From positions 138,818,001-138,882,000 of the forward strand of contig OZ024743.1 in NCBI GenBank assembly GCA_964016885.1: a stretch of DNA of 64,000 nt, written 5' to 3'. Below the pieces are notes generated by a model that was not told the DNA's origin, searched no databases, and saw nothing but the letters and a program-made list of their open reading frames with translations. The DNA is from Eledone cirrhosa (taxonomy: Eukaryota). The translations under genes and the position numbers were made by a program. Positions 42,901 through 57,900 of the stretch are shown here, in pieces (within the stretch, counting starts at the first letter, position 1; the number at the start of each line of letters is the position of its first letter).

Positions 42901-45080
42901 CCCCAAATGCCAAACGGCAAACGCCAAGCACCAAACACCAAACACCAAGCGCCAAGCACCAAACACCAAACACCAAGCACCAAGCACCAAACACCAAACA
43001 CCAAGCACCAATCACCAAACACCAAACACCAAGCGCCAAACACCAAACACCAAACACCTATCACCAAGCACCAAGCACCAAACACCAAGCACCAAACACC
43101 AAGCACCAAGCACCAAGCACCAAGCACCAAACACCAATCACCAAGCCCCAAGCACCAAACACCAAGCACCCAGCACCAAACACCAAGCACCAAGCACCAA
43201 GCACCCAGAACAAAGCACCAAGCACCAAACACCAAACACCAAGCTCCAAGCACCAAACACCAAACACCAAGCACCAAGCACCAAGCACCAAACACCAAAC
43301 ACCAAGCACCAAGCACCGAACACCAAACACCAAACACCTAGCACCAAGCACCAAGCACCGAACACCAAGCACCAAGCACCAAGCACCAAGTACCAAGCAC
43401 CAAACACCAATCACCAAGCCCCAAGCACCAAACACCAAGCACCAAGCACCAAACACCAAACACCAAGCACCAAGCACCAAACACCAAACACCAAGCACCA
43501 AGCACCAAGCACCAAGCACCAAACACCATACACCAAACAGCAAACGCCAAAAAGCAAACGCCAAACCCCATACGCCAAACAGCAAATGCCAAACCCCAAA
43601 CGCCAAACAGCAAACGCCAAGCACCAAACACCAAACACCAAGCGCCAAGCACCAAACACCAAACACCAAGCACCAAGCACCAAACACCAAACACCAAGCA
43701 CCAATCACCAAACACCAAGCACCAAGCGCCAAGCACCAGACACCAAGCACCAAGCACCAAACACCAAACACCAAGCACCAAGCACTAAACACCAAACACC
43801 AAGCACCAAGCACCAAGCACCAAGCACCAAGCACCAAATACCAAGCACCAAGCACCAAGCACCAAGCACCAAGCACCAAACACCAAGCACCAAGCACCAA
43901 ACAGCATACACCAAGCACCAAACACCAAACACCAAGCACCAAGCACCAAACACCAAACACCAAACACCAAGCACCAAGCCCCAAGCACCAAACACCAAGC
44001 ACCAAGCACCAAACACCAAGCACGAAGCACCAAGCACCATGCACCAAACACCAAGCACCAAGCACCAAACAGCAAACACCAAACAGCAAACACCAAACAC
44101 CAAACACCAACCAGCAAACACCAAACACCAAACACCAAACAGCAAACACCAAACAGCAAACACCAAACAGCAAACACCAAACACCAAACACCAAACAGCA
44201 AACGCCAAAAAGCAAACGCCAAACCCCATACGCCAAACAGCAAATGCCAAACCCCAAACGCCAAACAGCAAACGCCAAGCACCGAACACCAAACACCAAG
44301 CGCCAAGCACCAAACACCAAACACCAAGCACCAAGCACCAAACACCAAACACCAAGCACCAATCACCAAACACCAAGCACCAAGCGCCAAGCACCAAACA
44401 CCAAACACCTAGCACCAAGCACCAAGCACCAAACACCAAGTACCAAACACCAATCACCCAGCCCCAAGCACCAAATACCAAGCACCAAGCACCAAACACC
44501 AAACACCAAGCACCAAGCACCCAGAACCAAGCACCAAGCACCAAACACCAAGCACCAAGCACCGAGCACCAAACACCAAGAACAAAGCACCAAGCACTAA
44601 ACACCAAACACCAAGCACCAAGCACCAAACACCATACACCAAGCACCAAACACCAAACAGCAAACGCCAAAAAGCAAACGCCAAACCCCATATGCCAAAC
44701 AGCAAATGCCAAACTCCAAACGCCAAACAGCAAACGCCAGGCACCAAACACCAAACACCAAGCGCCAAGCACCAAACACCAAACACCAAGCACCAAGCAC
44801 CAAACACCAAACACCAAGCACCAATCACCAAACACCAAGCACCAAGCGCCAAGCACCAAACACCAAACACCTAGCACCAAGCACCAAGCACCAAACACCA
44901 AGCACCAAACACCAATCACCAAGCCCCAAGCACCAAACACCAAGCACCAAGCACCAAACACCAAACACCAAGCACCAAGCACCAAGGACCAAGCACCGAG
45001 CACCAAACACCAAGAACCAAGCACCAAGCACTAAACACCAAACACCAAGCACCAAGCACCAAACACCAAACACCAAGCAC
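36970..45080 (+). repeat. Duplication of a ~3.6-kb block at offsets 4444-4549 (~36970-40550 vs ~41415-45080)
   Basis: Private markers CACTTAA at 37345/41789 and CAGCATA at 39374/43902. ORF pairs 36973..37347/41417..41791 (4444), 37771..38508/42320..43057 (4549) and 38810..39253/43338..43781 (4528) match. The offset changes by +105 and -21 bp, both whole monomers. Confidence 0.92.
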
Positions 45081-48000
45081 CAAGTACAAAACTCCAAACA
45101 CCAAACACCAAGCACCAAGCACCAAATCCCAAGCACCAAACACCAAGCACCAATCACCAAACACCAAACACCAAGCACCAAGCACCAAACTCCAAAAACC
45201 AAGCACCAAGCACCAAGCACCAAACACCAAACGCCAAACACCAAACACCAAGTACCAAGCACCAAACACCAAGCACCAAGCGCCAAAGACCAAACACCAA
45301 GCACCAAGCACGAAACACCAAGCACCAAGCACCGAGCACCGAACACCAAGTACCAAGCACCAATCACCAAACACCAAGCACCAAGCACCAAACACCAAAC
45401 ACCAAGCACCAAGCACCAAGCATCAAGCACCAAGCACCAAACACCAACCACCAAGCACCAAACACCAAACACAAAACAACAAGTACCAAGCACCAAACAC
45501 CAAACACCAAACACCAAACACCAAGCACCAAGCACAAGACACCAAGCACCAAGCACCAAGCACCAAGCACCCAAAACCAAGCACCAAGCTCCAAGCACCA
45601 AACACCAAGCACCAAACACCAAACACCAAGCACCAAGCACCAAACACCAAGCACCAAGCGCCAAACACCAAACACCAAGCACCAAGCACCAAACACCAAG
45701 CACCAACCACCAAGCACCAAACACCAAGCACCAAGCACCAAGCACCAAGCACCAAGCACCAAGCACCAAACACCAAGCACCAAGCACCAAACAGCAAACA
45801 CCAAGCACCAAACACCAAACACCAAGCACCAAGCAACAAACACCAAACACCAAGCACCAAACACCAAGCACCAAGCCCCAAGCACGAAACACCAAGCACC
45901 AAGCACGAAACACCAAGCACCAAGCACCAAGCACCATGCACCAAACACCAAGCACCAAGCACCAAACAGCAAACACCAAACAGCAAACACCAAACAGCAA
46001 ACACCAAACAGCAAACACCAAACATCAAACACCAAACAGCAAACGCCAAAAAGCAAACGCCAAACTCCAAACGCCAAACAGCAAATGCCAAACCCAAACG
46101 CCAAACAGCAAACGCCAAGCACAAAAAACCAAACACCAAGCGCCAAGCACAAAACACCAAACACCAAGCACCAAGCACCAAACACCAAACACCAAGCACC
46201 AAGTACCAAACACCAAACACCAAGCACCAAACACCAAACAGCAAACGCAAAAAAGCAAACGCCAAACCCCATACGCCAAACAGCAAATGCCAAACCCCAA
46301 ATGCCAAACGGCAAACGCCAAGCACCAAACACCAAACACCAAGCGCCAAGCACCAAACACCAAACACCAAGCACCAAGCACCAAACACCAAACACCAAGC
46401 ACCAATCACCAAACACCAAACACCAAGCGCCAAACACCAAACACCAAACACCTATCACCAAGCACCAAGCACCAAACACCAAGCACCAAACACCAAGCAC
46501 CAAGCACCAAGCACCAAGCACCAAACACCAATCACCAAGCCCCAAGCACCAAACACCAAGCACCCAGCACCAAACACCAAACACCAAGCACCAAGCACCC
46601 AGAACAAAGCACCAAGCACCAAACACCAAACACCAAGCTCCAAGCACGAAACACCAAACACCAAGCACCAAGCACCAAGCACCAAACACCAAACACCAAG
46701 CACCAATCACCAAACACCAAGCACCAAGCGCCAAACACCAAACACCAAACACCTAGCACCAAGCACCAAGCACCGAACACCAAGCACCAAGCACCAAGCA
46801 CCAAGCACCAAGCACCAAACACCAATCACCAAGCCCCAAGCACCAAACACCAAGCACCAAGCACCAAGCACCAAACACCAAACACCAAGCACCAAGCACC
46901 AAGCACCAAACACCATACACCAAACAGCAAACGCCAAAAAGCAAACGCCAAAACCCATACGCCAAACAGCAAATGCCAAACCCCAAACGCCAAACAGCAA
47001 ACGCCAAGCACCAAACACCAAACACCAAGCGCCAAGCACCAAACACCAAACACCAAGCACCAAGCACCAAACACCAAACACCAAGCACCAATCACCAAAC
47101 ACCAAGCACCAAGCGCCAAGCACCAGACACCAAGCACCAAGCACCAAACACCAAACAGCAAGCACCAAGCACTAAACACCAAACACCAAGCACCAAGCAC
47201 CAAGCACCAAGCACCAAGCACCAAACACCAAGCACCAAGCACCAAGCACCAAGCACCAAGCACCAAACACCAAGCACCAAGCACCAAACAGCAAACACCA
47301 AGCACCAAACACCAAACACCAAGCACCAAGCACCAAACACCAAACACCAAACACCAAGCACCAAGCCCCAAGCCCCAAACACCAAGCACCAAGCACCAAA
47401 CACCAAGCACGAAGCACCAAGCACCATGCACCAAACACCAAGCACCAAGCACCAAACAGCAAACACCAAACAGCAAACACCAAACACCAAACACCAACCA
47501 GCAAACACCAAACACCAAACACCAAACAGCAAACACCAAACAGCAAACACCAAACAGCAAACACCAAACACCAAACACCAAACAGCAAATGCCAAAATGC
47601 AAACGCCAAACCCCAAACGCCAAACAGCAAATGCCAAACCCCAAACGCCAAACAGCAAACGCCAAGCGCCAAACGCCAAACACCAAGTGCCAAGCACCAA
47701 ACACCAAACACCAAGCACCAAGCACCAAGCACCAAACACCAAACAGCAAACGCCAAAAAGCAAACGCCAAACCCCATACGCCAAACAGCAAATGCCAAAC
47801 CCCAAACGCCAAACAGCAAACGCCAAGCACCAAACACCAAACACCAAGCGCCAAGCACCAAACACCAAACACCAAGCACCAAGCACCAAACACCAAACAC
47901 CAAGCACCAATCACCAAACACCAAGCACCAAGCGCCAAGCGCCAAGCACCAAACACCAAACACCTAGCACCAAGCACCAAGCACCAAACCCCAAGTACCA

Positions 48001-48799
48001 AACACCAATCACCAAGCCCCAAGCACCAAACACCAAGCGCCAAGCACCAAACACCAAACACCAAGCACCAAGCACCCAGAACCAAGCACCAAGCACCAAA
48101 CACCAAGCACCAAGCACCGAGCACCAAACACCAAGAACCAAGCACCAAGCTCTAAACACCAAACACCAAGCACCAAGCACCAAACACCAAACACCAAACA
48201 CCAAACACCAAACAGCAAATGCCAAAAAGCAAACGCCAAACCCCAAACGCCAAACAGTAAATGCCAAACCCCAAACGCCAAACAGCAAACGCCAAGCGCC
48301 AAACGCCAAACACCAAGCGCCAAGCACCAAACACCAAACACCAAGCACCAAGCACCAAACACCAAACACCAAGCACCAAGTACCAAACACCAAACACCAA
48401 GCACCAAACACCAAACAGCAAACGCCAAAAAGCAAACGCCAAACCCCATACGCCAAACAACAAATGCCAAACCCCAAACGCCAAACAGCAAACGCCAAGC
48501 ACCGAACACCAAACACCAAGAACCAAGCACCAAGCACTAAACACCAAACACCAAGCACCAAGCACCAAACACCAAACACCAAGCACCAAGCACCGAGCAC
48601 CAAACACCAAGAACCAAGCACCAAGCACTAAACACCAAACACCAAGCACCAAGCACCAAACACCAAACACCAAGCACCAAACACCAAGCACCAAACACCA
48701 AAAAGCAAACGCCAAACCCCATACGCCAAACAGCAAATGCCAAACTCCAAACGCCAAACAGCAAACGCCAGGCACCAAACACCAAACACCAAGCGCCAA

Positions 48800-51520
48800 G
48801 CACCAAACACCAAACACCAAGCACCAAGCACCAAACACCAAACACCAAGCACCAATCACCAAACACCAAGCACCAAGCGCCAAGCACCAAACACCAAACA
48901 CCTAGCACCAAGCACCAAGCACCAAACACCAAGCACCAAACACCAATCACCAAGCCCCAAGCACCAAACACCAAGCACCAAGCACCAAACACCAAACACC
49001 AAGCACCAAGCACCAAGGACCAAGCACCAAACACCAAGCACCAAGCACCGAGCACCAAACACCAAGAACCAAGCACCAAGCACTAAACACCAAACACCAA
49101 GCACCAAGCACCAAACACCAAACACCAAGCACCAAGTACAAAACTCCAAACACCAAACACCAAGCACCAAGCACCAAATCCCAAGCACCAAACACCAAGC
49201 ACCAATCACCAAACACCAAACACCAAGCACCAAGCACCAAACTCCAAAAACCAAGCACCAAACACCAAGCACCAAACACCAAGCACCAAGCGCCAAAGAC
49301 CAAACACCAAGCACCAAGCACGAAACACCAAGCACCAAGCACCGAGCACCAAACACCAAGTACCAAGCACCAATCACCAAACACCAAGCACCAAGCACCA
49401 AACACCAAACACCAAGCACCATGCACCAAGCATCAAGCACCAAGCACCAAACACCAACCACCAAGCACCAAACACCAAACACCAAACACCACGCACCAAG
49501 CAACAAACACCAAACACCAAGCACCAAACACCAAGGACCAAGCCCCAAGCACGAAACACCAAGCACCAAGCACGAAACACCAAGCACCAAGCACCAAGCA
49601 CCAAACAGCAAACACCAAACAACAAACACCAAACAGCAAACACCAAACAGCAAACACCAAACAGCAAACACCAAACAGCAAACGCCAAAAAGCAAACGCC
49701 AAACTCCAAACGCCAAACAGCAAATGCCAAACCCAAACGCCAAACAGCAAACGCCAAGCACAAAACACCAAACACCAAGCGCCAAGCACCAAACACCAAA
49801 CACCAAGCACCAAGCACCAAATACCAAACACCAAGCACCAAGTACCAAACACCAAACACCAAGCACCAAACACCAAACAGCAAACGCAAAAAAGCAAACG
49901 CCAAACCCCATACGCCAAACAGCAAATGCCAAACCCCAAATGCCAAACGGCAAACGCCAAGCACCAAACACCAAACACCAAGCGCCAAGCACCAAACACC
50001 AAACACCAAGCACCAAGCACCAAACACCAAACACCAAGCACCAATCACCAAACACCAAGCACCAAGCGCCAAGCACCAAACACCAAACACCTAGCACCAA
50101 GCACCAAGCACCAAACACCAAGCACCAAACACCAATCACCAAGCCCCAAGCACCAAACACCAAGCACCAAGCACCAAACACCAAACACCAAGCACCAAGC
50201 ACCAAGGACCAAGCACCAAACACCAAGCACCAAGCACCGAGCACCAAACACCAAGAACCAAGCACCAAGCACTAAACACCAAACACCAAGCACCAAGCAC
50301 CAAACACCAAACACCAAGCACCAAGTACAAAACTCCAAACACCAAACACCAAGCACCAAGCACCAAATCCCAAGCACCAAACACCAAGCACCAATCACCA
50401 AACACCAAACACCAAGCACCAAGCACCAAACTCCAAAAACCAAGCACCAAACACCAAGCACCAAACACCAAGCACCAAGCGCCAAAGACCAAACACCAAG
50501 CACCAAGCACGAAACACCAAGCACCAAGCACCGAGCACCAAACACCAAGTACCAAGCACCAATCACCAAACACCAAGCACCAAGCACCAAACACCAAACA
50601 CCAAGCACCATGCACCAAGCATCAAGCACCAAGCACCAAACACCAACCACCAAGCACCAAACACCAAACACAAAACAACAAGTACCAAGCACCAAACACC
50701 AAACACCAAACACCAAACACCAAGCACCAAGCACAAGACACCAAGCACCAAGCACCAAGCACCAAGCACCAAAAACCAAGCACCAAGCTCCAAGCACCAA
50801 ACACCAAGCACCAAACACCAAACACCATGCACCAAGCACCAAACACCAAGCACCAAGCGCCAAACACCAAACACCAAGCACCAAGCACCAAACACCAAGC
50901 ACCAACCACCAAGCACCAAACACCAAGCACCAAGCACCAAGCACCAAACACCAAGCACCAAGCACCAAACAGCAAACACCAAGCACCAAACACCAAACAC
51001 CACGCACCAAGCAACAAACACCAAACACCAAGCACCAAACACCAAGGACCAAGCCCCAAGCACGAAACACCAAGCACCAAGCACGAAACACCAAGCACCA
51101 AGCACCAAGCACCAAACAGCAAACACCAAACAACAAACACCAAACAGCAAACACCAAACAGCAAACACCAAACAGCAAACACCAAACAGCAAACGCCAAA
51201 AAGCAAACGCCAAACTCCAAACGCCAAACAGCAAATGCCAAACCCAAACGCCAAACAGCAAACGCCAAGCACAAAACACCAAACACCAAGCGCCAAGCAC
51301 CAAACACCAAACACCAAGCACCAAGCACCAAATACCAAACACCAAGCACCAAGTACCAAACACCAAACACCAAGCACCAAACACCAAACAGCAAACGCAA
51401 AAAAGCAAACGCCAAACCCCATACGCCAAACAGCAAATGCCAAACCCCAAATGCCAAACGGCAAACGCCAAGCACCAAACACCAAACACCAAGCGCCAAG
51501 CACCAAACACCAAACACCAA
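48800..51520 (+). repeat. Tandem duplication with offsets 1189 then 1511 bp
   Basis: ORF pair 48947..49429/50136..50618 matches. TACAAAA lies at 49137/50326 (1189) and CCCAAA at 49732/51243 (1511). The 322-bp difference equals 46 monomers. Confidence 0.87.
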
Positions 51521-51989
51521 GCACCAAGCACCAAGCACCAAACACCAAGCACCAAACACCAAGCACCAAGCACCAAGCACCAAGCACCAAACACCAATCA
51601 CCAAGCCCCAAGCACCAAACACCAAGCACCCAGCACCAAACACCAAACACCAAGCACCAAGCACCCAGAACAAAGCACCAAGCACCAAACACCAAACACC
51701 AAGCTCCAAGCACCAAACACCAAACACCAAGCACCAAGCACCAAGCACCAAACACCAAACACCAAGCACCAATCACCAAACACCAAGCACCAAGCGCCAA
51801 ACACCAAACACCAAACACCTAGCACCAAGCACCAAGCACCGAACACCAAGCACCAAGCACCAAGCACCAAGCACCAAGCACCAAACACCAATCACCAAGC
51901 CCCAAGCACCAAACACCAAGCACCAAGCACCAAACACCAAACACCAAGCACCAAGCACCAAACACCAAACACCAAGCACCAAGCACCAA

Positions 51990-54900
51990 GCACCAAGCAC
52001 CAAACACCATACAGCAAACAGCAAACGCCAAAAAGCAAATGCCAAACCCCATACGCCAAACAGCAAATGCCAAACCCCAAACGCCAAACAGCAAACGCCA
52101 AGCACCAAACACCAAACACCAAGCGTCAAGCACCAAACACCAAACACCAAGCACCAAGCACCAAACACCAAACACCAAGCACCAATCACCAAACACCAAG
52201 CACCAAGCGCCAAGCACCAAACACCAAACACCTAGCACCAAGCACCAAGCACCAAACACCAAGCACCAAACACCAATCACCAAGCCCCAAGCACCAAACA
52301 CCAAGCACCAAGCACCAAACACCAAACACCAAGCACCAAGCACCCAGAACCAAGCACCAAGCACCAAACACCAAGCACCAAGCACCGAGCACCAAACACC
52401 AAGAACCAAGCACCAAGCACTAAACACCAAACACCAAGCACCAAGCACCAAACACCAAACACCAAGCACCAAGTACCAAACACCAAACACCAAACACCAA
52501 GCACCAAGCACCAAATCCCAAGCACCAAACACCAAGCACCAATCACCAAACACCAAACACCAAGCACCAAGCACCAAACTCCAAAAACCAAGCACCAAGC
52601 ACCAAGCACCAAACACCAAACGCCAAACACCAAACACCAAGTACCAAGCACCAAACACCAAGCACCAAGCGCCAAAGACCAAACACCAAGCACCAAGCAC
52701 GAAACACCAAGCACCAAGCACCGAGCACCAAACACCAAGTACCAAGCACCAATCACCAAACACCAAGCACCAAGCACCAAACACCAAACACCAAGCACCA
52801 AGCACCAAACACCAAACACCAAGCACCAAGCCCCAAGCACCAAACAGCAAGCACCAAGCACCAAACACCAAACACCAAGCACCAAGCACTAAACACCAAA
52901 CACCAAGCACCAAGCACCAAGCACCAAGCACCAAGCACCAAACACCAAGCACCAAGCACCAAGCACCAAGCACCAAGCACCAAACACCAAGCACCAAGCA
53001 CCAAACAGCAAACACCAAGCACCAAACACCAAACACCAAGCACCAAGCACCAAACACCAAACACCAAACACCAAGCACCAAGCCCCAAGCACCAAACACC
53101 AAGCACCAAGCACCAAACACCAAGCACGAAGCACCAAGCACCATGCACCAAACACCAAGCACCAAGCACCAAACAGCAAACACCAAACAGCAGACACCAA
53201 ACACCAAACACCAACCAGCAAACACCAAACACCAAACACCAAACAGCAAACACCAAACAGCAAACACCAAACAGCAAACACCAAACACCAAACACCAAAC
53301 AGCAAATGCCAAAAAGCAAACGCCAAACCCCAAACGCCAAACAGTAAATGCCAAGCCCCAAACGCAAAACAGCAAATGCCAAGCGCCAAACGCCAAACAC
53401 CAAGCGCCAAGCACCAAACACCAAACACCAAGCACCAAGCACCAAACACCAAACACCAAGCACCAAGTACCAAACACCAAACACCAAGCACCAAACACCA
53501 AACAGCAAACACCAAAAAGCAAATGCCAAACCCCATACGCCAAACAGCAAATGCCAAACCCCAAACGCCAAACAGCAAACGCCAAGCACCGAACACCAAA
53601 CACCAAGCGCCAAGCACCAAACACCAAACACCAAGCACCAAGCACCAAACACCAAACACCAAGCACCAATCACCAAACACCAAGCACCAAGCGCCAAGCA
53701 CCAAACACCAAACACCTAGCACCAAGCACCAAGCACCAAACACCAAGTACCAAACACCAATCACCAAGCCCCAAGCACCAAACACCAAGCACCAAGCACC
53801 AAACACCAAACACCAAGCACCAAGCACCCAGAACCAAGCACCAAGCACCAAACACCAAGCACCAAGCACCGAGCACCAAACACCAAGAACCAAGCACCAA
53901 GCACTAAACACCAAACACCAAGCACCAAGCACCATACACCAAACACCAAGCACCAAACACCAAACAGCAAACGCCAAAAAGCAAACGCCAAACCCCATAC
54001 GCCAAACAGCAAATGCCAAACCCCAAACGCCAAACAGCAAACGCCAGGCACCAAACACCAAACACCAAGCGCCAAGCACCAAACACCAAACACCAAGCAC
54101 CAAGCACCAAACACCAAACACCAAGCACCAATCACCAAACACCAAGCACCAAGCGCCAAGCACCAAACACCAAACACCTAGCACCAAGCACCAAGCACCA
54201 AACACCAAGCACCAAACACCAATCACCAAGCCCCAAGCACCAAACACCAAGCACCAAGCACCAAACACCAAACACCAAGCACCAAGCACCAAGGACCAAG
54301 CACCAAACACCAAGCACCAAGCACCGAGCACCAAACACCAAGAACCAAGCACCAAGCACTAAACACCAAACACCAAGCACCAAGCACCAAACACCAAACA
54401 CCAAGCACCAAGTACCAAACTCCAAACACCAAACACCAAGCACCAAGCACCAAATCCCAAGCACCAAACACCAAGCACCAAGCACCAAATCCCAAGCACC
54501 AAACACCAAGCACCAATCACCAAACACCAAACACCAAGCACCAAGCACCAAACTCCAAAAACCAAGCACCAAGCACCAAGCACCAAACACCAAACGCCAA
54601 ACACCAAACACCAAGTACCAAGCACCAAACACCAAGCACCAAGCGCCAAAGACCAAACACCAAGCACCAAGCACGAAACACCAAGCACCAAGCACCGAGC
54701 ACCAAACACCAAGTACCAAGCACCAAACACCAAACACCAAGCACCAAGCACCAAACACCAAACACCAAGCACCAAGTACCAAACACCAAACACCAAACAC
54801 CAAACACCAAACAGCAAACGCCAAAAAGCAAACGCCAAACTCCAAACGCCAAACAACAAACACCAAGGACCAAACACCAAACACCAAGCGCCAAGCACCA

Positions 54901-57900
54901 AACACCAAACACCAAGCACCAAGCACCAAACACCAAACACCAAGGACCAATCACCAAACACCAAGCACCAAACACCAAGCACCAAACACCAAGCACCAAG
55001 CACCAAGCGCCAAACACCAAACACCAAACACCTAGCACCAAGCACCAAGCACCAAACACCAAGCACCAAACACCAAGCACCAAGCACCAAGCACCAAGCA
55101 CCAAGCACCAAACACCAATCACCAAGCCCCAAGCACCAAACACCAAGCACCCAGCACCATACACCAAGCACCAAGCACGAAACACCAAGCACCAAGCACC
55201 AAGCACCATGCACCAAACACCAAGCACCAAGCACCAAACAGCAAACACCAAACAACAAACACCAAACAGCAAACACCAAACAGCAAACACCAAACAGCAA
55301 ACACCAAACAGCAAACGCCAAAAAGCAAACGCCAAACTCCAAACGCCAAACAGCAAATGCCAAACCCAAACGCCAAACAGCAAACGCCAAGCACAAAACA
55401 CCAAACACCAAGCGCCAAGCACCAAACACCAAACACCAAGCACCAAGCACCAAGCACCAAGCACCAAACACCATACAGCAAACAGCAAACGCCAAAAAGC
55501 AAATGCCAAACCCCATACGCCAAACAGCAAATGCCAAACCCCAAACGCCAAACAGCAAACGCCAAGCACCAAACACCAAACACCAAGCGTCAAGCACCAA
55601 ACACCAAACACCAAGCACCAAGCACCAAACACCAAACACCAAGCACCAATCACCAAACACCAAGCACCAAGCGCCAAGCACCAAACACCAAACACCTAGC
55701 ACCAAGCACCAAGCACCAAACACCAAGCACCAAACACCAATCACCAAGCCCCAAGCACCAAACACCAAGCACCAAGCACCAAACACCAAACACCAAGCAC
55801 CAAGCACCCAGAACCAAGCACCAAGCACCAAACACCAAGCACCAAGCACCGAGCACCAAACACCAAGAACCAAGCACCAAGCACTAAACACCAAACACCA
55901 AGCACCAAGCACCAAACACCAAACACCAAGCACCAAGTACCAAACTCCAAACACCAAACACCAAGCACCAAGCACCAAACACCAAACACCAAGCACCAAG
56001 CACCAAACTCCAAAAACCAAGCACCAAGCACCAAGCACCAAACACCAAACGCCAAACACCAAACACCAAGTACCAAGCACCAAACACCAAGCACCAAGCG
56101 CCAAAGACCAAACACCAAGCACCAAGCACGAAACACCAAGCACCAAGCACCGAGCACCAAACACCAAGTACCAAGCACCAATCACCAAACACCAAGCACC
56201 AAGCACCAAACACCAAACACCAAGCACCAAGCACCAAACACCAAACACCAAGCACCAAGCCCCAAGCACCAAACAGCAAGCACCAAGCACCAAACACCAA
56301 ACACCAAGCACCAAGCACTAAACACCAAACACCAAGCACCAAGCACCAAGCACCAAGCACCATGCACCAAACACCAAGCACCAAGCACCAAGCACCAAGC
56401 ACCAAGCACCAAACACCAAGCACCAAGCACCAAACAGCAAACACCAAGCACCAAACACCAAACACCAAGCACCAAGCACCAAACACCAAACACCAAACAC
56501 CAAGCACCAAGCCCCAAGCACCAAACACCAAGCACCAAGCACCAAACACCAAGCACGAAGCACCAAGCACCATGCACCAAACACCAAGCACCAAGCACCA
56601 AACAGCAAACACCAAACAGCAAACACCAAACACCAAACACCAACCAGCAAACACCAAACACCAAACACCAAACAGCAAACACCAAACAGCAAACACCAAA
56701 CAGCAAACACCAAACACCAAACACCAAACAGCAAATGCCAAAAAGCAAACGCCAAACCCCAAACGCCAAACAGTAAATGCCAAACCCCAAACGCCAAACA
56801 GCAAACGCCAAGCGCCAAACGCCAAACACCAAGCGCCAAGCACCAAACACCAAACACCAAGCACCAAGCACCAAACACCAAACACCAAGCACCAAGTACC
56901 AAACACCAAACACCAAGCACCAAACACCAAACAGCAAACACCAAAAAGCAAATGCCAAACCCCATACGCCAAACAGCAAATGCCAAACCCCAAACGCCAA
57001 ACAGCAAACGCCAAGCACCGAACACCAAACACCAAGCGCCAAGCACCAAACACCAAACACCAAGCACCAAGCACCAAACACCAAACACCAAGCACCAATC
57101 ACCAAACACCAAGCACCAAGCGCCAAGCACCAAACACCAAACACCTAGCACCAAGCACCAAGCACCAAACACCAAGTACCAAACACCAATCACCAAGCCC
57201 CAAGCACCAAACACCAAGCACCAAGCACCAAACACCAAACACCAAGCACCAAGCACCCAGAACCAAGCACCAAGCACCAAACACCAAGCACCAAGCACCG
57301 AGCACCAAACACCAAGAACCAAGCACCAAGCACTAAACACCAAACACCAAGCACCAAGCACCAAACACCAAACACCAAGCACCAAACACCAAACAGCAAA
57401 CGCCAAAAAGCAAACGCCAAACCCCATACGCCAAACAGCAAATGCCAAACCCCAAACGCCAAACAGCAAACGCCAGGCACCAAACACCAAACACCAAGCG
57501 CCAAGCACCAAACACCAAACACCAAGCACCAAGCACCAAACACCAAACACCAAGCACCAATCACCAAACACCAAGCACCAAGCGCCAAGCACCAAACACC
57601 AAACACCTAGCACCAAGCACCAAGCACCAAACACCAAGCACCAAACACCAATCACCAAGCCCCAAGCACCAAACACCAAGCACCAAGCACCAAACACCAA
57701 ACACCAAGCACCAAGCACCAAGGACCAAGCACCAAACACCAAGCACCAAGCACCGAGCACCAAACACCAAGAACCAAGCACCAAGCACTAAACACCAAAC
57801 ACCAAGCACCAAGCACCAAACACCAAACACCAAGCACCAAGTACCAAACTCCAAACACCAAACACCAAGCACCAAGCACCAAATCCCAAGCACCAAACAC

